From Patescibacteria group bacterium (GTDB taxonomy: Bacteria > Patescibacteriota > Patescibacteriia > JACRDY01): a DNA stretch of 64,000 nucleotides. Below the pieces are notes generated by a model. The model was not told where the DNA came from. It made no database searches and worked only from the letters and a program-made list of their open reading frames with translations. Position numbers and translations under genes: made by a program. The stretch is taken from NCBI GenBank assembly GCA_041671565.1, contig JBAZBH010000005.1:3083-67082 (forward strand), given 5' to 3'. Below are positions 17,150-28,412 of this stretch, piece after piece. Every line of letters starts with the position of its first letter. Positions within the stretch are counted from its first letter, which is position 1.

Positions 17150-17400
17150 ATCATGAATCAAGAATTAAGAATCAAGAAGGTCGGTAAACGGTGTTTAATC
17201 TTTAAGTCTAGTTAGAATGTCCAATATCCAAATCCCAATGTCCAATCAATGTCCAATGACCAAAGGTGGCTATCCCGAAGCGACCCCGTTGTGGCTTGGA
17301 CATTAGTCATTGGGTCCGCCGAATCGGCGGATGGTCATTGGAGCTTGGACATTGATCATTTATTCTTGATTCATGATTCTTAATTCTTGATTCTATTTTA
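17150..17400. repeat. about 240-nt intergenic imperfect palindrome built from GAATCAAGAAT and CCAATG words
   Basis: atcatgaatcaagaattaagaatcaagaa...tccaatatccaaatcccaatgtccaatcaatgtccaatgacc...ccgccgaatcggcgg...ttcttgattcatgattcttaattcttgattc; the arms are reverse complements. Confidence 0.65.
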
Positions 17401-18497
17401 TGAGAATATTACTGACCGGCGGCGGAACCATGGGCTCAGTCACGCCGCTCCTCGCCACGGCCGAACAATTAAAAACCGATGGCTTAACTGCTGAGTTCCT
17501 TTGGCTGGGGACCAAGGCCGGTCCGGAGCGGGCGGTGGTGGAACTGGCGGGCATCAAATTTCAGCCGATAATCGGTGGCAAATGGCGGCGGTATTTTTCC
17601 CTGCAAAATTTGGCGGCGCCGTTTTTGGTGCTGGCAGGATTTTTCCAAAGTTTAATAATAATTATAAAGTTTAAACCGCAGGTGATTTTAACGGCCGGGG
17701 CGTTTATCTCGGTGCCCGCAGTTTGGGCCGGCCGGTTTTGCCGTGTGCCGGTTTTGGTGCATCAGCAAGATTTAACGCCGGGACTCGCTAACCGGCTAAT
17801 GGCCCCCTTCGCGAGGAAAATCACCGTGGCGCTAGAAGATTCACTGAAAAATTATCCGACGGGCAAGACCAGTTGGATTGGCAATCCGGTGCGAGCGAGT
17901 TTGTTTCAGGGCGATCGGACGGCGGGCTTAAAGAAGTTTAATCTGCAGTCCGGCCGGCCGGTGGTATTAATCGTTGGCGGGGGAACAGGTTCGGTGGTTT
18001 TGAATGAAACAGTTGATCAAGCGTTGCCGGAGTTAGTTGGTTTTTGCCAGGTGATTCATCTAACCGGAATCAAGAATCACCCCAGCAGACGCGGGGCAAG
18101 CGAATTAAGAATCAAGAATCAGGCAGTAAAAGGATATTGTGCCTTTGAATTTTTAACTACGGAAATGAGGGATGCTTTGGCGGCAGCGGATATAGTTGTT
18201 TCTCGGGCAGGTATGGGTTTTTTGAGTGAACTGGCGGCGCTTGGCAAAGCGGTGATTATTGTGCCGATGGCAGACAGCCACCAAGAGGCCAACGCCAGTT
18301 ATTTTGCCCGGCGGAACGCGGCTGTGGTTTTGCCCCAGGCGGATTTGACGCCGGAAAACTTAACTCTAGCCGTTAAAAATCTTTTAGACGGCAAGTCGGA
18401 TAAAGCCAATTTAGAGCGGAATATTAAGTCGTTATTAAAGCCCGGCGCGGCTGAGGCGATGGTTAAGGCGGTGGTGGAGTTGACAAAAGGCCAGTGA
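17400..18497 (+). CDS. murG: UDP-GlcNAc:undecaprenyl-PP-MurNAc-pentapeptide GlcNAc transferase MurG
   Basis: RILLTGGGTMGSVTPLLA N-terminus, GT28 C-terminal domain; contains the in-frame repeat insertion at 18067..18123. Confidence 0.85.
   Translation: MRILLTGGGTMGSVTPLLATAEQLKTDGLTAEFLWLGTKAGPERAVVELAGIKFQPIIGGKWRRYFSLQNLAAPFLVLAGFFQSLIIIIKFKPQVILTAGAFISVPAVWAGRFCRVPVLVHQQDLTPGLANRLMAPFARKITVALEDSLKNYPTGKTSWIGNPVRASLFQGDRTAGLKKFNLQSGRPVVLIVGGGTGSVVLNETVDQALPELVGFCQVIHLTGIKNHPSRRGASELRIKNQAVKGYCAFEFLTTEMRDALAAADIVVSRAGMGFLSELAALGKAVIIVPMADSHQEANASYFARRNAAVVLPQADLTPENLTLAVKNLLDGKSDKANLERNIKSLLKPGAAEAMVKAVVELTKGQ
18067..18123. repeat. about 55-nt repeat element inserted in-frame in murG (core CACCCCAGCAGACGCGGGGCAAGCGAAT flanked by GAATCAAGAATC words)
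   Basis: Near-identical to 55942..55998 inside dnaX and related to 63130..63170 (intergenic); translates in the same frame in both genes (..HPSRRGASE.. / ..HPSIRGASE..). Confidence 0.7.
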
Positions 18498-18598
18498 AAA
18501 TATAGAATAAAGCCGATATTATAACGATTGATATTTGATATTTGTTATTTGGCATTGATTGGTCATTGGGATTTGGACATTTGTCATTTTATTATTTC

Positions 18599-18673
18599 GG
18601 GTGCTTAGCTCAGTGGTAGAGCGCCAGCCTTTTAAGCTGGGCGTCGCGGGTTCGATCCCCGCAGCACCCACCA
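18599..18673 (+). tRNA. tRNA-Lys (anticodon TTT)
   Basis: GGGTGCT acceptor, GCTCAGTGGTAGAGC D-arm, anticodon loop CTTTTAA, GGTTCGATCC T-arm, AGCACCC-A-CCA 3' end. Confidence 0.85.
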
Positions 18674-18714
18674 AAAAGCAATCTCTGGATTAGGAGGTTG
18701 TTTTTTGTTATAAT

Positions 18715-19362
18715 TTGACTATGGATAATCGCCGGTTAATCAAAAATCTCAACCTAGCCGCCGAAGAGCGAATTTTGTTTCTGCTCCGGCGATACAGCCT
18801 GACTTATTTTTGGCAGGCGGCGGCCGCTTTAGTTTTGCTCCTTTTGCCATGGTTTTTGCTTTATTTGTTATTTTCCATTGCCACTTGGGGACCAATATTA
18901 TTTATTTTACTTCTGTTAATCGGTGTATTGGCGGCGGCGCGGCTTTATATCGCTTATTATTTTAATTGTTTAGTCGTGACCGACCGGCGGCTGATTGATT
19001 TTGACCAGCGGGGGATTTGGGACCGGACGATCTCGGAAGTGCCGCTGGAACATGTCCATGATTTAAGTTATCGTCGCAAAGGAGTAGTTGAATCAATTTT
19101 CAACTACGGTTTGATTCAATATGCCATTCCGCCGGGTCGAGCCAAAATTGTGGTTAAAGGCATAAAAGATCCACAGTTTATCTGTCAACAGATTATTGGC
19201 TGGGTGGAGGCGGCGCGGTCAGCCAAAAGCTTGGCAACCGTTAGACCAGTCGAAGGGTCGATTGATACCGCCGCGAGCCTTAAAAAATTGCTCAATGAAA
19301 TGAAGGCCGAACTGGGTCCGGTTGGTTTTGATAAAATTATCCGAGAAGTAAAGGGCGGATAA
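18715..19362 (+). CDS. membrane protein with bacterial PH (YdbT/DUF304-like) domain
   Basis: Two N-terminal TM helices followed by a soluble domain (VVTDRRLIDFDQRG...) of the bPH_2 type; weak. Confidence 0.35.
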   Translation: MTMDNRRLIKNLNLAAEERILFLLRRYSLTYFWQAAAALVLLLLPWFLLYLLFSIATWGPILFILLLLIGVLAAARLYIAYYFNCLVVTDRRLIDFDQRGIWDRTISEVPLEHVHDLSYRRKGVVESIFNYGLIQYAIPPGRAKIVVKGIKDPQFICQQIIGWVEAARSAKSLATVRPVEGSIDTAASLKKLLNEMKAELGPVGFDKIIREVKGG

Positions 19363-19506
19363 GGCAGTCGGGGGGGGTAAAGATTTTCTAGAATCAGAGG
19401 TAAAAGAGCGGTAAAATTCCGTTAATTATATGGGGAATGGCAGATTAGCGGTTTTTTTGTTATAATGGGCTGGTTGCTGAATGTCTCGGTAACCGCCAAG
19501 GTTTTT

Positions 19507-19890
19507 ATGAAATTTTCCTCCGGACAAATCTTAAAATCAAGGTGGCTGATTGCGGTTTGTTTGGTGATTCTGGTTTTTTTGCTGGTTACCTTTGGCCGCG
19601 AGTTTTACCGCCGTTATTATTTGGAAGAGCAAATCAAGGCTTTGGCCGGGCAAGTGTCGGAACTGGAGAATAAAAATCAGGAATTTAATCAGTTGATTAA
19701 TTATTTGCAAACAACTAATTTTACCGAGGAAGAGGCGAGAGTTAAACTGGGCCTAAAAAAGCCGGGTGAAGAAGTGGTGGTGATTAATCAGGCGGATGGC
19801 GGTTTCGCCACTAAACTGACAGCGGAGTCAGGCGGCCGGTGGGGCAACCCGGGTCGTTGGTGGAACTATTTTTTTGGACTAAAATCTTAA
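19507..19890 (+). CDS. FtsB/DivIC-like septum formation initiator (TM plus coiled coil)
   Basis: Single TM followed by coiled-coil EEQIKALAGQVSELENKNQEFNQLINYLQ; start moved to the internal ATG 19507 after a TATAAT at about 19415. Confidence 0.4.
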   Translation: MKFSSGQILKSRWLIAVCLVILVFLLVTFGREFYRRYYLEEQIKALAGQVSELENKNQEFNQLINYLQTTNFTEEEARVKLGLKKPGEEVVVINQADGGFATKLTAESGGRWGNPGRWWNYFFGLKS

Positions 19891-19932
19891 GGTTAATTAA
19901 ATAAAAAATAATTAATTATAAAAAAGAAAATT

Positions 19933-20952
19933 ATGCTTAATCAAAAAGAAAAAAAGTCAGTCAGTGAGCTACTCGACGAAGAAATGACTAGCCCGGCCGT
20001 CAGCGAAGACGCGCCTGCCAGCCAAAAATACAAAAAGTTTGCCCTGGGCGCGGGCATCGGCGTCATTGGTGTTGCCTTGGTTTTAATGATTGTTTCGGTG
20101 GTCGTATTTTATCGTGATCCGTTCCGGTTTCCGGCCTTGACCGGCATGGCTAAGTTTTTGTCTTTGCCGATTGCTTCGGTGGAGGGTAAGTTGATCAGTT
20201 ACCGCGATTTTGACCGCGATTACCGGATTTTGACTTATTACTACCAACAACAAGTGAAAACCGGCAATATTCAAGCGAGCGAATTGCCGACGGAAAAACA
20301 AAACCGGCAGGATATTTATAATCAGCTGATTAGCAAGACTTTGGTGGAAAAATTGGCCAAAAAGTATGAATTAACCGTCAGCGATATTGAGATTGAGGCT
20401 TTTTGGCAGAAAGAAGTGGTTAGCACCTTTACCGATGAGACCGAAGCGATTGCCAAGATTAAGGAATTTTACAATTTAACGGCGCCGGAATTTAAAGAGG
20501 AAGTATTGAAAGGCAATATGCTTTATGACAAGGTCGCCTCGGCGATGGAATTTGACAAAGATTTGCAACAGCCGGCTAAGGAGCGGGCGGATAAGGTGCT
20601 CGCCGAAGTGAAAAAAGGCGAAAAAAGTTTTGAGGATTTGGCCAAGGAATACAGTGAAGACCCGGGTACCAAAGACAAAGGCGGAGACTTGGGATTTTTT
20701 GGCCGCGGCGTGATGGTGCCGGAATTTGAGACTGCGGTTTTTGGCATGAAGGTCGGGGAAACCAGCGATTTGGTCCAAACCAGCTATGGTTATCACATTA
20801 TTAAACTGGTGGAGAAACACGAAGCGAGCGCTGACGGCAAGCAGGTGGAAGAAGTTAAAGCCAGCCATATCCTGATTAAAGGCGTGACGCTGGGAACTTA
20901 TTTGCCGGAGACCAGAGACTCTAAAGCGGTCAAAAAATATCTCAGCTTATAA
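19933..20952 (+). CDS. PpiC-type peptidyl-prolyl cis-trans isomerase (parvulin; PrsA/SurA-like), membrane-anchored
   Basis: Parvulin core GGDLGFFGRGVMVPEFETAVFGMKVGETSDLVQTSYGYHIIKL; N-terminal TM. Confidence 0.75.
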   Translation: MLNQKEKKSVSELLDEEMTSPAVSEDAPASQKYKKFALGAGIGVIGVALVLMIVSVVVFYRDPFRFPALTGMAKFLSLPIASVEGKLISYRDFDRDYRILTYYYQQQVKTGNIQASELPTEKQNRQDIYNQLISKTLVEKLAKKYELTVSDIEIEAFWQKEVVSTFTDETEAIAKIKEFYNLTAPEFKEEVLKGNMLYDKVASAMEFDKDLQQPAKERADKVLAEVKKGEKSFEDLAKEYSEDPGTKDKGGDLGFFGRGVMVPEFETAVFGMKVGETSDLVQTSYGYHIIKLVEKHEASADGKQVEEVKASHILIKGVTLGTYLPETRDSKAVKKYLSL

Positions 20953-20962
20953 AGCTAAAATT

Positions 20963-20993
20963 AAAACCGCGAAAGGATATCTTTCGCGGTTTT
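20963..20993 (+). terminator. rho-independent terminator
   Basis: AAAACCGCGAAAGG-atat-CTTTCGCGGTTTT hairpin directly after the PPIase stop. Confidence 0.65.
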
Positions 20994-21143
20994 AAGATAA
21001 TTGGTTATTTTCATCTGCCATCGCCTTAGTCGATAGTCGGAAACCACGCAGTTTATAATTTTAGCCGGACATCGTTTTAGTTGATGGTTCTATCTTGGCG
21101 AAGTAACTTCTATTTTATTACTATTTTGTTAATCCGTTTGATT

Positions 21144-21219
21144 TGGAGCCATCTGTGGGGATCGAACCCACGACCTACGGTTTACGATACCGTCGCTCTA
21201 CCAACTGAGCTAAGATGGC
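21144..21219 (-). tRNA. tRNA-Thr (anticodon CGT)
   Basis: Reverse complement reads GCCATCT-TA-GCTCAGTTGGTAGAGC-G-ACGGT-ATCGTAA-ACCGT-AGGTC-GTGGGTTCGATCCCCAC-AGATGGC-T-CCA. Confidence 0.8.
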
Positions 21220-21256
21220 CGGCAAATTAAAGGGATCGGTTGCTTGCCATGGTCTA

Positions 21257-21327
21257 AGCGGATGACGGGAATTGAACCCGCTTCACTAGCTTGGGAAGCT
21301 AGTATAATACCGTTATACGACATCCGC
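21257..21327 (-). tRNA. tRNA-Gly (anticodon CCC), probable
   Basis: Reverse complement: GCGGATG acceptor, anticodon stem-loop CTAGC-TTCCCAA-GCTAG, T-arm CGGGTTCAATTCCCG, 3' CATCCGC; D-arm assignment ambiguous by eye. Confidence 0.55.
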
Positions 21328-21386
21328 TCGGATAAAGGCAGGCTGAGGCGAGCGCCTTCCGCAAGTGTCTGAAATTATATACGGCT

Positions 21387-22184
21387 ATGGAAAAAAAATC
21401 AAGGGAAAGGGTGGTTTGGCATTCAGCGATATTCAGTTTAATTCTGTTAATATCGCCGTTTTTGGTTATGGCTGAAGAAGCAGAAACCGCGCCAACGCCG
21501 GCGGCGGAAGTGGAAATTTTCCCGGTTAGCTTAAGCTCTAAAGCGGCGGCGTTAAAGCAGTCAATCGGCCCGGCCAGCGGTTTTCAATTAAGTCTGGGTG
21601 CTAAGACTCTTGGCGCTGAAACAGATATTATCTTCAAAAAGAGGAATATTTTTCCTGAAGAACTAACTTTACCGGACAATAAAGTGGCTCTGAGTCCGCT
21701 CTGGGAATTTGATTTAACCAATAAAAAAGCCTATAACCGCCGCCAGCCTTTGCGCTTGCAGCTAACTTATGAGGCGAGTTTAGCGGCGAAGGGGATTTTT
21801 TTCTGGAACGGCAAAACTTGGCAGGCGCTGCCCAGCCAGATAGTTGACTCAACCAAACGGCTGATCGAAGCGCCGATTTATCTGCCTTACGCTAAAGTAA
21901 TAGTGCTCGGCGACGCGAAGATTATGGGCGAAGGGCAAGCCTCGTGGTATAATTATAAAAAGTGCGACTGCGCCGCTTCACCCGATTATCCCAAAGGCAC
22001 GAAATTAAAAGTGACTAACATCGCGAATGGCAAGTCAGTGGTGGTAAAAGTCAACGACTTCGGTCCGGAGCGGGATATTTTTCCAGCTCGGGCGATTGAT
22101 CTGGATGTGGTGGCTTTTAAGAAAATTGCCAATAAGCGCGCCGGGGTGATCGAGGTGCTGGTGGAGCCGGTGGCGAAGCATTAA
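21387..22184 (+). CDS. RlpA-like double-psi beta-barrel (DPBB) domain protein with signal peptide
   Basis: C-terminal GQASWYNY...GTKLKVTNIANGKSVVVKVNDFGPERDIFPARAIDLDVVAFKKIA resembles the RlpA/expansin DPBB domain; N-terminal signal sequence. Confidence 0.55.
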   Translation: MEKKSRERVVWHSAIFSLILLISPFLVMAEEAETAPTPAAEVEIFPVSLSSKAAALKQSIGPASGFQLSLGAKTLGAETDIIFKKRNIFPEELTLPDNKVALSPLWEFDLTNKKAYNRRQPLRLQLTYEASLAAKGIFFWNGKTWQALPSQIVDSTKRLIEAPIYLPYAKVIVLGDAKIMGEGQASWYNYKKCDCAASPDYPKGTKLKVTNIANGKSVVVKVNDFGPERDIFPARAIDLDVVAFKKIANKRAGVIEVLVEPVAKH

Positions 22185-22270
22185 AACACGAGAACATTAA
22201 AACATTAAAACAAAAAGACACTTTATAGTTAATTGTTTCAATGTTTTAGTATTTTAGTGGCCGAACGAGT

Positions 22271-22951
22271 ATGATCAAATTCAAAAATGTCAGCAAAATT
22301 TATCCCGGCGACACTAAAGCGGTGAACGGCGTGACGCTCCATATCAAGCCGAAAGAGTTTGTTTCCATCGTGGGCCAAAGCGGCACGGGCAAGACCACTT
22401 TGGTGCGGCTGATGATCGCCGAAGAGCGGCCGGACAAAGGGCAAATTATTGTCGGCGGTTGGGATATCACCGAAATTAAAAACCGCGAAATACCATTTTT
22501 GCGGCGGCAGATCGGCGTGGTTTTTCAAGACTTTAAACTTTTGCGCCAAAAAACCGCTTACGAAAATATCGCTTTTGCCCTGGAAGTCTGCGGCGCGCCC
22601 AAGAAACGAATTGAGGCCGTGGTGCCGCAAGTGTTGCGGATCGTCGGTCTGGAGGGCAAGGACCGCCGCTACCCGCGCCAGCTTTCCGGCGGGGAACAAC
22701 AGCGAGTGGCGATTGCCCGGGCGTTAGTCCATCGCCCCAAAATTTTAGTAGCAGATGAGCCGACCGGCAACCTGGATTCAATCACGACCAGAGAAATTGC
22801 CGATTTGCTTCTAAAAATCAATGAATTTGGCACCACGATTGTTTTGGTGACTCATGACCGGGAGGTAGTTGATTATGTTAAAAAACGGGTGGTAACGATG
22901 GATAATGGGCAAATTATCGGCAGCCAGCGGAGTGGGAAGTACATCTTATAA
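22271..22951 (+). CDS. ftsE: cell division ATP-binding protein FtsE
   Basis: Walker A GQSGTGKTT, ABC signature LSGGEQQRVAIARAL, Walker B ILVADEPTGNLD; about 226 aa; followed by ftsX. Confidence 0.85.
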   Translation: MIKFKNVSKIYPGDTKAVNGVTLHIKPKEFVSIVGQSGTGKTTLVRLMIAEERPDKGQIIVGGWDITEIKNREIPFLRRQIGVVFQDFKLLRQKTAYENIAFALEVCGAPKKRIEAVVPQVLRIVGLEGKDRRYPRQLSGGEQQRVAIARALVHRPKILVADEPTGNLDSITTREIADLLLKINEFGTTIVLVTHDREVVDYVKKRVVTMDNGQIIGSQRSGKYIL

Positions 22952-23053
22952 ATCAGCGGTTAAGTCGATAGGTTGTTAGGTAGTTATGACGCCGCCTGCG
23001 GCGGCGTTAAGACCTAACGACCTAACTACTTAACCACCTATCAACCTAACCCT

Positions 23054-23965
23054 ATGGCTTACATCTGGCGTTTAATCAAACTGGCGCTGCAAGACTTTTC
23101 TCGCAATATCTGGTTGTCCCTCGTGACTATCAGTATTTTGATTTTAACCCTGATTTCTATTAATGTTCTGGTGGTTTTCAACGCCATGACCGGCACAGCG
23201 GTCAAGGTCATCTCTGATAAGGTTAATATCAGTGTTTATTTTAAGCCCGGCGTCAGTGAAGAGGCGATTAGTAAAATGAAGGCCGATCTGGTGGCCCTAC
23301 CCGAAACGGCGGAAGTTGATTATACTTCGGCCGACGAAGCGGCCCAGGCCTTTAAAAACCGCCACGAAGGCGACACGGCGATTATTGCCGCTTTGGATGA
23401 ACTGGGTACTAGCCCGCTCGGCGCGACCCTGCGAATTAAGGCGCGCCAGCTTTCCGGCTACCCGGCTCTTTTGGCGGCCGTTAATCAACCGCAGTATAAC
23501 GAATTGATCGCCAACCAAGATTATAATGACCGGCAAGAAATGATTGCCAAAATTTCCGAGTGGACCGCCGCCGGCAAGAAGATTGCCTTAGTTTTTATCG
23601 TGTTTTTTATCCTGATTTCGGCTTTGATTGTCTTCAACACGGTGCGGGTGGCAATTTACACCCATCGCGACGAAATCGGCATTGAAAAGCTGGTGGGCGC
23701 CACTAACTGGTTTGTCAGCTTGCCGTTCGTGATTGAAAGCGCGCTTTACGGTTTGATTGCCATTGTCGTGATTATGGCGATCACTTATCCCGGTTTGACT
23801 GTGATCCAGCCGTATTTGGCGAGATTCTTCGGCGCCGGGCAAATAAATGTCCTGACTTATTTCAACCAGCACTTTTTGGCGATTTTTGGCTCGGAATTCT
23901 TGGTGATCACGCTTTTGAACATCTTGGCGAGTGTGGTGGCGGCGAGGAAGTATTTGAAGGTGTAA
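23054..23965 (+). CDS. ftsX: cell division permease-like protein FtsX
   Basis: 4-TM FtsX topology with a periplasmic loop after TM1; adjacent to ftsE. Confidence 0.75.
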   Translation: MAYIWRLIKLALQDFSRNIWLSLVTISILILTLISINVLVVFNAMTGTAVKVISDKVNISVYFKPGVSEEAISKMKADLVALPETAEVDYTSADEAAQAFKNRHEGDTAIIAALDELGTSPLGATLRIKARQLSGYPALLAAVNQPQYNELIANQDYNDRQEMIAKISEWTAAGKKIALVFIVFFILISALIVFNTVRVAIYTHRDEIGIEKLVGATNWFVSLPFVIESALYGLIAIVVIMAITYPGLTVIQPYLARFFGAGQINVLTYFNQHFLAIFGSEFLVITLLNILASVVAARKYLKV

Positions 23966-24004
23966 TTAGTTGACTTTTGGCGATAAAAGCGTAGAATGTA
24001 ATGA

Positions 24005-24175
24005 AGTTAAGTTCAAAGTTCAAAACCCTAAGTTCAAATGCCAGCTTTGCTGGCACCCCGCCATGGCGGGGTGATTGCTAAAGCAATCAAGTTCAAAGAT
24101 CAAAAGGTGCCAGAGTTTTGGCCTTTGAACTTGATTTGAACTTTGAACCTTGGATTTTGAACTTTTTGGTTTTTA
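24005..24175. repeat. intergenic word-palindrome (AAGTTCAAA family)
   Basis: aagttcaaagttcaaaaccctaagttcaaatgcc...ggcctttgaacttgatttgaactttgaaccttggattttgaactt; the central hairpin is gcaccccgccatggcggggtg. Confidence 0.6.
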
Positions 24176-24191
24176 ACCTCCCGCTGATAAC

Positions 24192-24262
24192 TGGGGGATC
24201 GTCTAATGGCAGGACATCGCCCTTTGAAGGCGACCGTCCAGGTTCGAATCCTGGTCCCCCAG
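24192..24262 (+). tRNA. tRNA-Gln (anticodon TTG)
   Basis: TGGGGGA acceptor, TCTAATGGCAGGA D-arm, anticodon stem-loop TCGCC-CTTTGAA-GGCGA, GGTTCGAATCC T-arm; no encoded CCA. Confidence 0.8.
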
Positions 24263-24286
24263 TTATCGGCAGGAGCTAAGCCGTTT

Positions 24287-24315
24287 TTATAAAATCGCCC
24301 TTTGGGCGGTTTTTT
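24287..24315 (+). terminator. rho-independent terminator after tRNA-Gln
   Basis: AAAATCGCCC-tttg-GGCGGTTTTTT. Confidence 0.6.
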
Positions 24316-24383
24316 GGTATAATCAAGCTATAACAAACTATAATAAAACCCGAAGGGTTCCCTTTGGGATAAAAACTAAAATT

Positions 24384-24641
24384 ATGGCTCTAATTTTTCA
24401 ACTTTTTGGCGTGATTGGTCTCGCCGGCATCATCTTAGGCGTTATGGGCCACAACGAAAAGCGGCAAGACGCACTGTTTATCTTTGGTGGGCTGTTTCTT
24501 CTTCTCTACAGCGTTTACCTCGGCAACTGGATTTTTATTATTCTTCAAGTGGTATTTATTAGTATTACCTTGTTTGAACTAATTCATTTGGTCCGGCGGC
24601 GGAATTGGTGGGGAAGGCTGATGAAGAAGTTCGGGCGGTAA
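24384..24641 (+). CDS. small hypothetical membrane protein
   Basis: 85-aa ORF, 2-3 hydrophobic helices, no motif. Confidence 0.3.
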   Translation: MALIFQLFGVIGLAGIILGVMGHNEKRQDALFIFGGLFLLLYSVYLGNWIFIILQVVFISITLFELIHLVRRRNWWGRLMKKFGR

Positions 24642-24651
24642 AATTTTAATT

Positions 24652-26016
24652 ATGAAAATTTCTTTTCATGGCGCGTGCCGGGAGGTAACCGGCTTTTGTT
24701 GTTTGGTGGAGACGGACGCCGCCAAGTTTTTGGTGGACTGCGGCATGTTTCAGGGCGGCAAATTTGCCGAAGAACATAATCTTGATCCTTTTGGTTTTGA
24801 CCCGAAAACGATTGATTTTGTTCTGCTGACCCACGCCCACGCCGACCATTGCGGCCGTTTGCCGCGGCTGTATAAAGAGGGTTTCCACGGCCAGGTTTAC
24901 GCCACCGAGCCGACCAAAGACTTTGCCCGGATTATGCTGCTCGACTCGGCGCGAGTGATATTTTCTGAGGCGCTCGCGGAAAACCGTTTGCCGCTTTACC
25001 TCGCCGAGGATGTGGAGGGCGTGATGGCGCTATTTAAAGAGCAGAATTATCGGGAGCCATTTCAGCCAACAGCCGATATCCGTGTTCAGGCGCGCGATGC
25101 CGGACATATCTTGGGTTCGGCGTTCTTTGAAGTTTGGGTGAAAGAAGGCGGGGTAGAGAAGAAGTTGGTTTTCTCAGGCGACCTCGGTAACCCGCCCCAG
25201 CCGATTGTCCGCGATACCGAATTCGCGGATAGCGCCGACTTGGTTGTCCTGGAGTCAACTTACGGCGGGCGGATCCATGAACCGGCCGAAATGCGCCTCA
25301 AAATGCTCCAAGAAGCGATTACCGAGTCGGTGGGCCGCGGTGGCGTCCTGATGATCCCGGCTTTTGCCCTGGAGCGGACGCAAGAAGTGCTGTATGAACT
25401 GAACCACTTGGTGGAGAATAAACTGGTGCCGCCGGTGCCGATTTTTATTGACAGCCCGCTGGCAATTAAGGCGACGGAAGTTTATAAAAAATATATTAAT
25501 CTTTATGACGCCGAATCGCGCGCTTTGATCTCGGCCGGCGACGACCTTTTTAACTTTCCCGGCATTCACTACACGCCGACGCCGTCCGAGTCCAAGAAAA
25601 TCAACCAGTGGCCGGCGCCCAAAGTCATCCTCGCCGGCAGCGGCATGTTGGTGGGCGGGCGAATCGGTTATCACCTTAAATATAATCTGGGTGATCCGAA
25701 GAACCATTTGCTGATTATCTCCTGGCAACCGCAAGGCGGCCTGGGCCGGCAACTTCTGGAAGGCGCCAAGTCAGTGGTGGTCGCGGGCGAGCGGCTGGCG
25801 GTCAAAGCTAGAGTGTCGGCGATTGGCGCTTATTCCTCGCACGCCGATCAACCCAAACTTCTACACTGGGTTAAAATGATGGCGCAGAAAACACCGCAAA
25901 AGGTGTTTGTCGTCCACGGTGAAGAGAAGCAAAGTTTGATGGTGGCGGATGGGTTGAAGGAGAAGCTGGGGTTGAACGGGGTGGTGCCGGTAGTGGGGGA
26001 GGTATTTGAAATATAG
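24652..26016 (+). CDS. MBL-fold metallo-hydrolase, beta-CASP ribonuclease family (RNase J/CPSF-like)
   Basis: Metallo-beta-lactamase motif HAHADHCG plus a C-terminal beta-CASP-like region with conserved D/H residues (...AYSSHAD...VVHGEE). Confidence 0.65.
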   Translation: MKISFHGACREVTGFCCLVETDAAKFLVDCGMFQGGKFAEEHNLDPFGFDPKTIDFVLLTHAHADHCGRLPRLYKEGFHGQVYATEPTKDFARIMLLDSARVIFSEALAENRLPLYLAEDVEGVMALFKEQNYREPFQPTADIRVQARDAGHILGSAFFEVWVKEGGVEKKLVFSGDLGNPPQPIVRDTEFADSADLVVLESTYGGRIHEPAEMRLKMLQEAITESVGRGGVLMIPAFALERTQEVLYELNHLVENKLVPPVPIFIDSPLAIKATEVYKKYINLYDAESRALISAGDDLFNFPGIHYTPTPSESKKINQWPAPKVILAGSGMLVGGRIGYHLKYNLGDPKNHLLIISWQPQGGLGRQLLEGAKSVVVAGERLAVKARVSAIGAYSSHADQPKLLHWVKMMAQKTPQKVFVVHGEEKQSLMVADGLKEKLGLNGVVPVVGEVFEI

Positions 26017-26069
26017 CTGTAAGCTGTAAGGTATAAGCTGTAAATATAACGCATTTAAACCTCTGATTA

Positions 26070-26190
26070 CAGTCCAAAGTTCAATCCGCCGAATCGGCGG
26101 ACAAATCAGGTTCAAATGTCAAAACTCCGATAGCCTTTGATCTTTGAACTTGATTTGAACTTTGCACTTTGAACTTTGGATTTTTAACCA
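26070..26190. repeat. intergenic word-palindrome (AAGTTCAAA family) with core hairpin CCGCCGAATCGGCGG
   Basis: cagtccaaagttcaatccgccgaatcggcggacaaatcaggttcaaatg...tctttgaacttgatttgaactttgcactttgaactttgg; the same 15-nt core hairpin is present at 17296..17312. Confidence 0.6.
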
Positions 26191-26253
26191 AGTTTTATAG
26201 AAATAAGTTAACTTACCGGTATACTTACGGCTTATACCTTAAAGCTTACAGCT

Positions 26254-26285
26254 AAAAAACAACGGAGGTTAAATTCGTTGTTTTT
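26254..26285 (-). terminator. rho-independent terminator for gyrB (minus strand)
   Basis: AAAACAACG-N11-CGTTGTTTT read on the minus strand, followed by a T-run. Confidence 0.5.
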
Positions 26286-26303
26286 AGTAAGGCTAAGTTT
26301 TTT

Positions 26304-28412
<2,109 letters not shown>

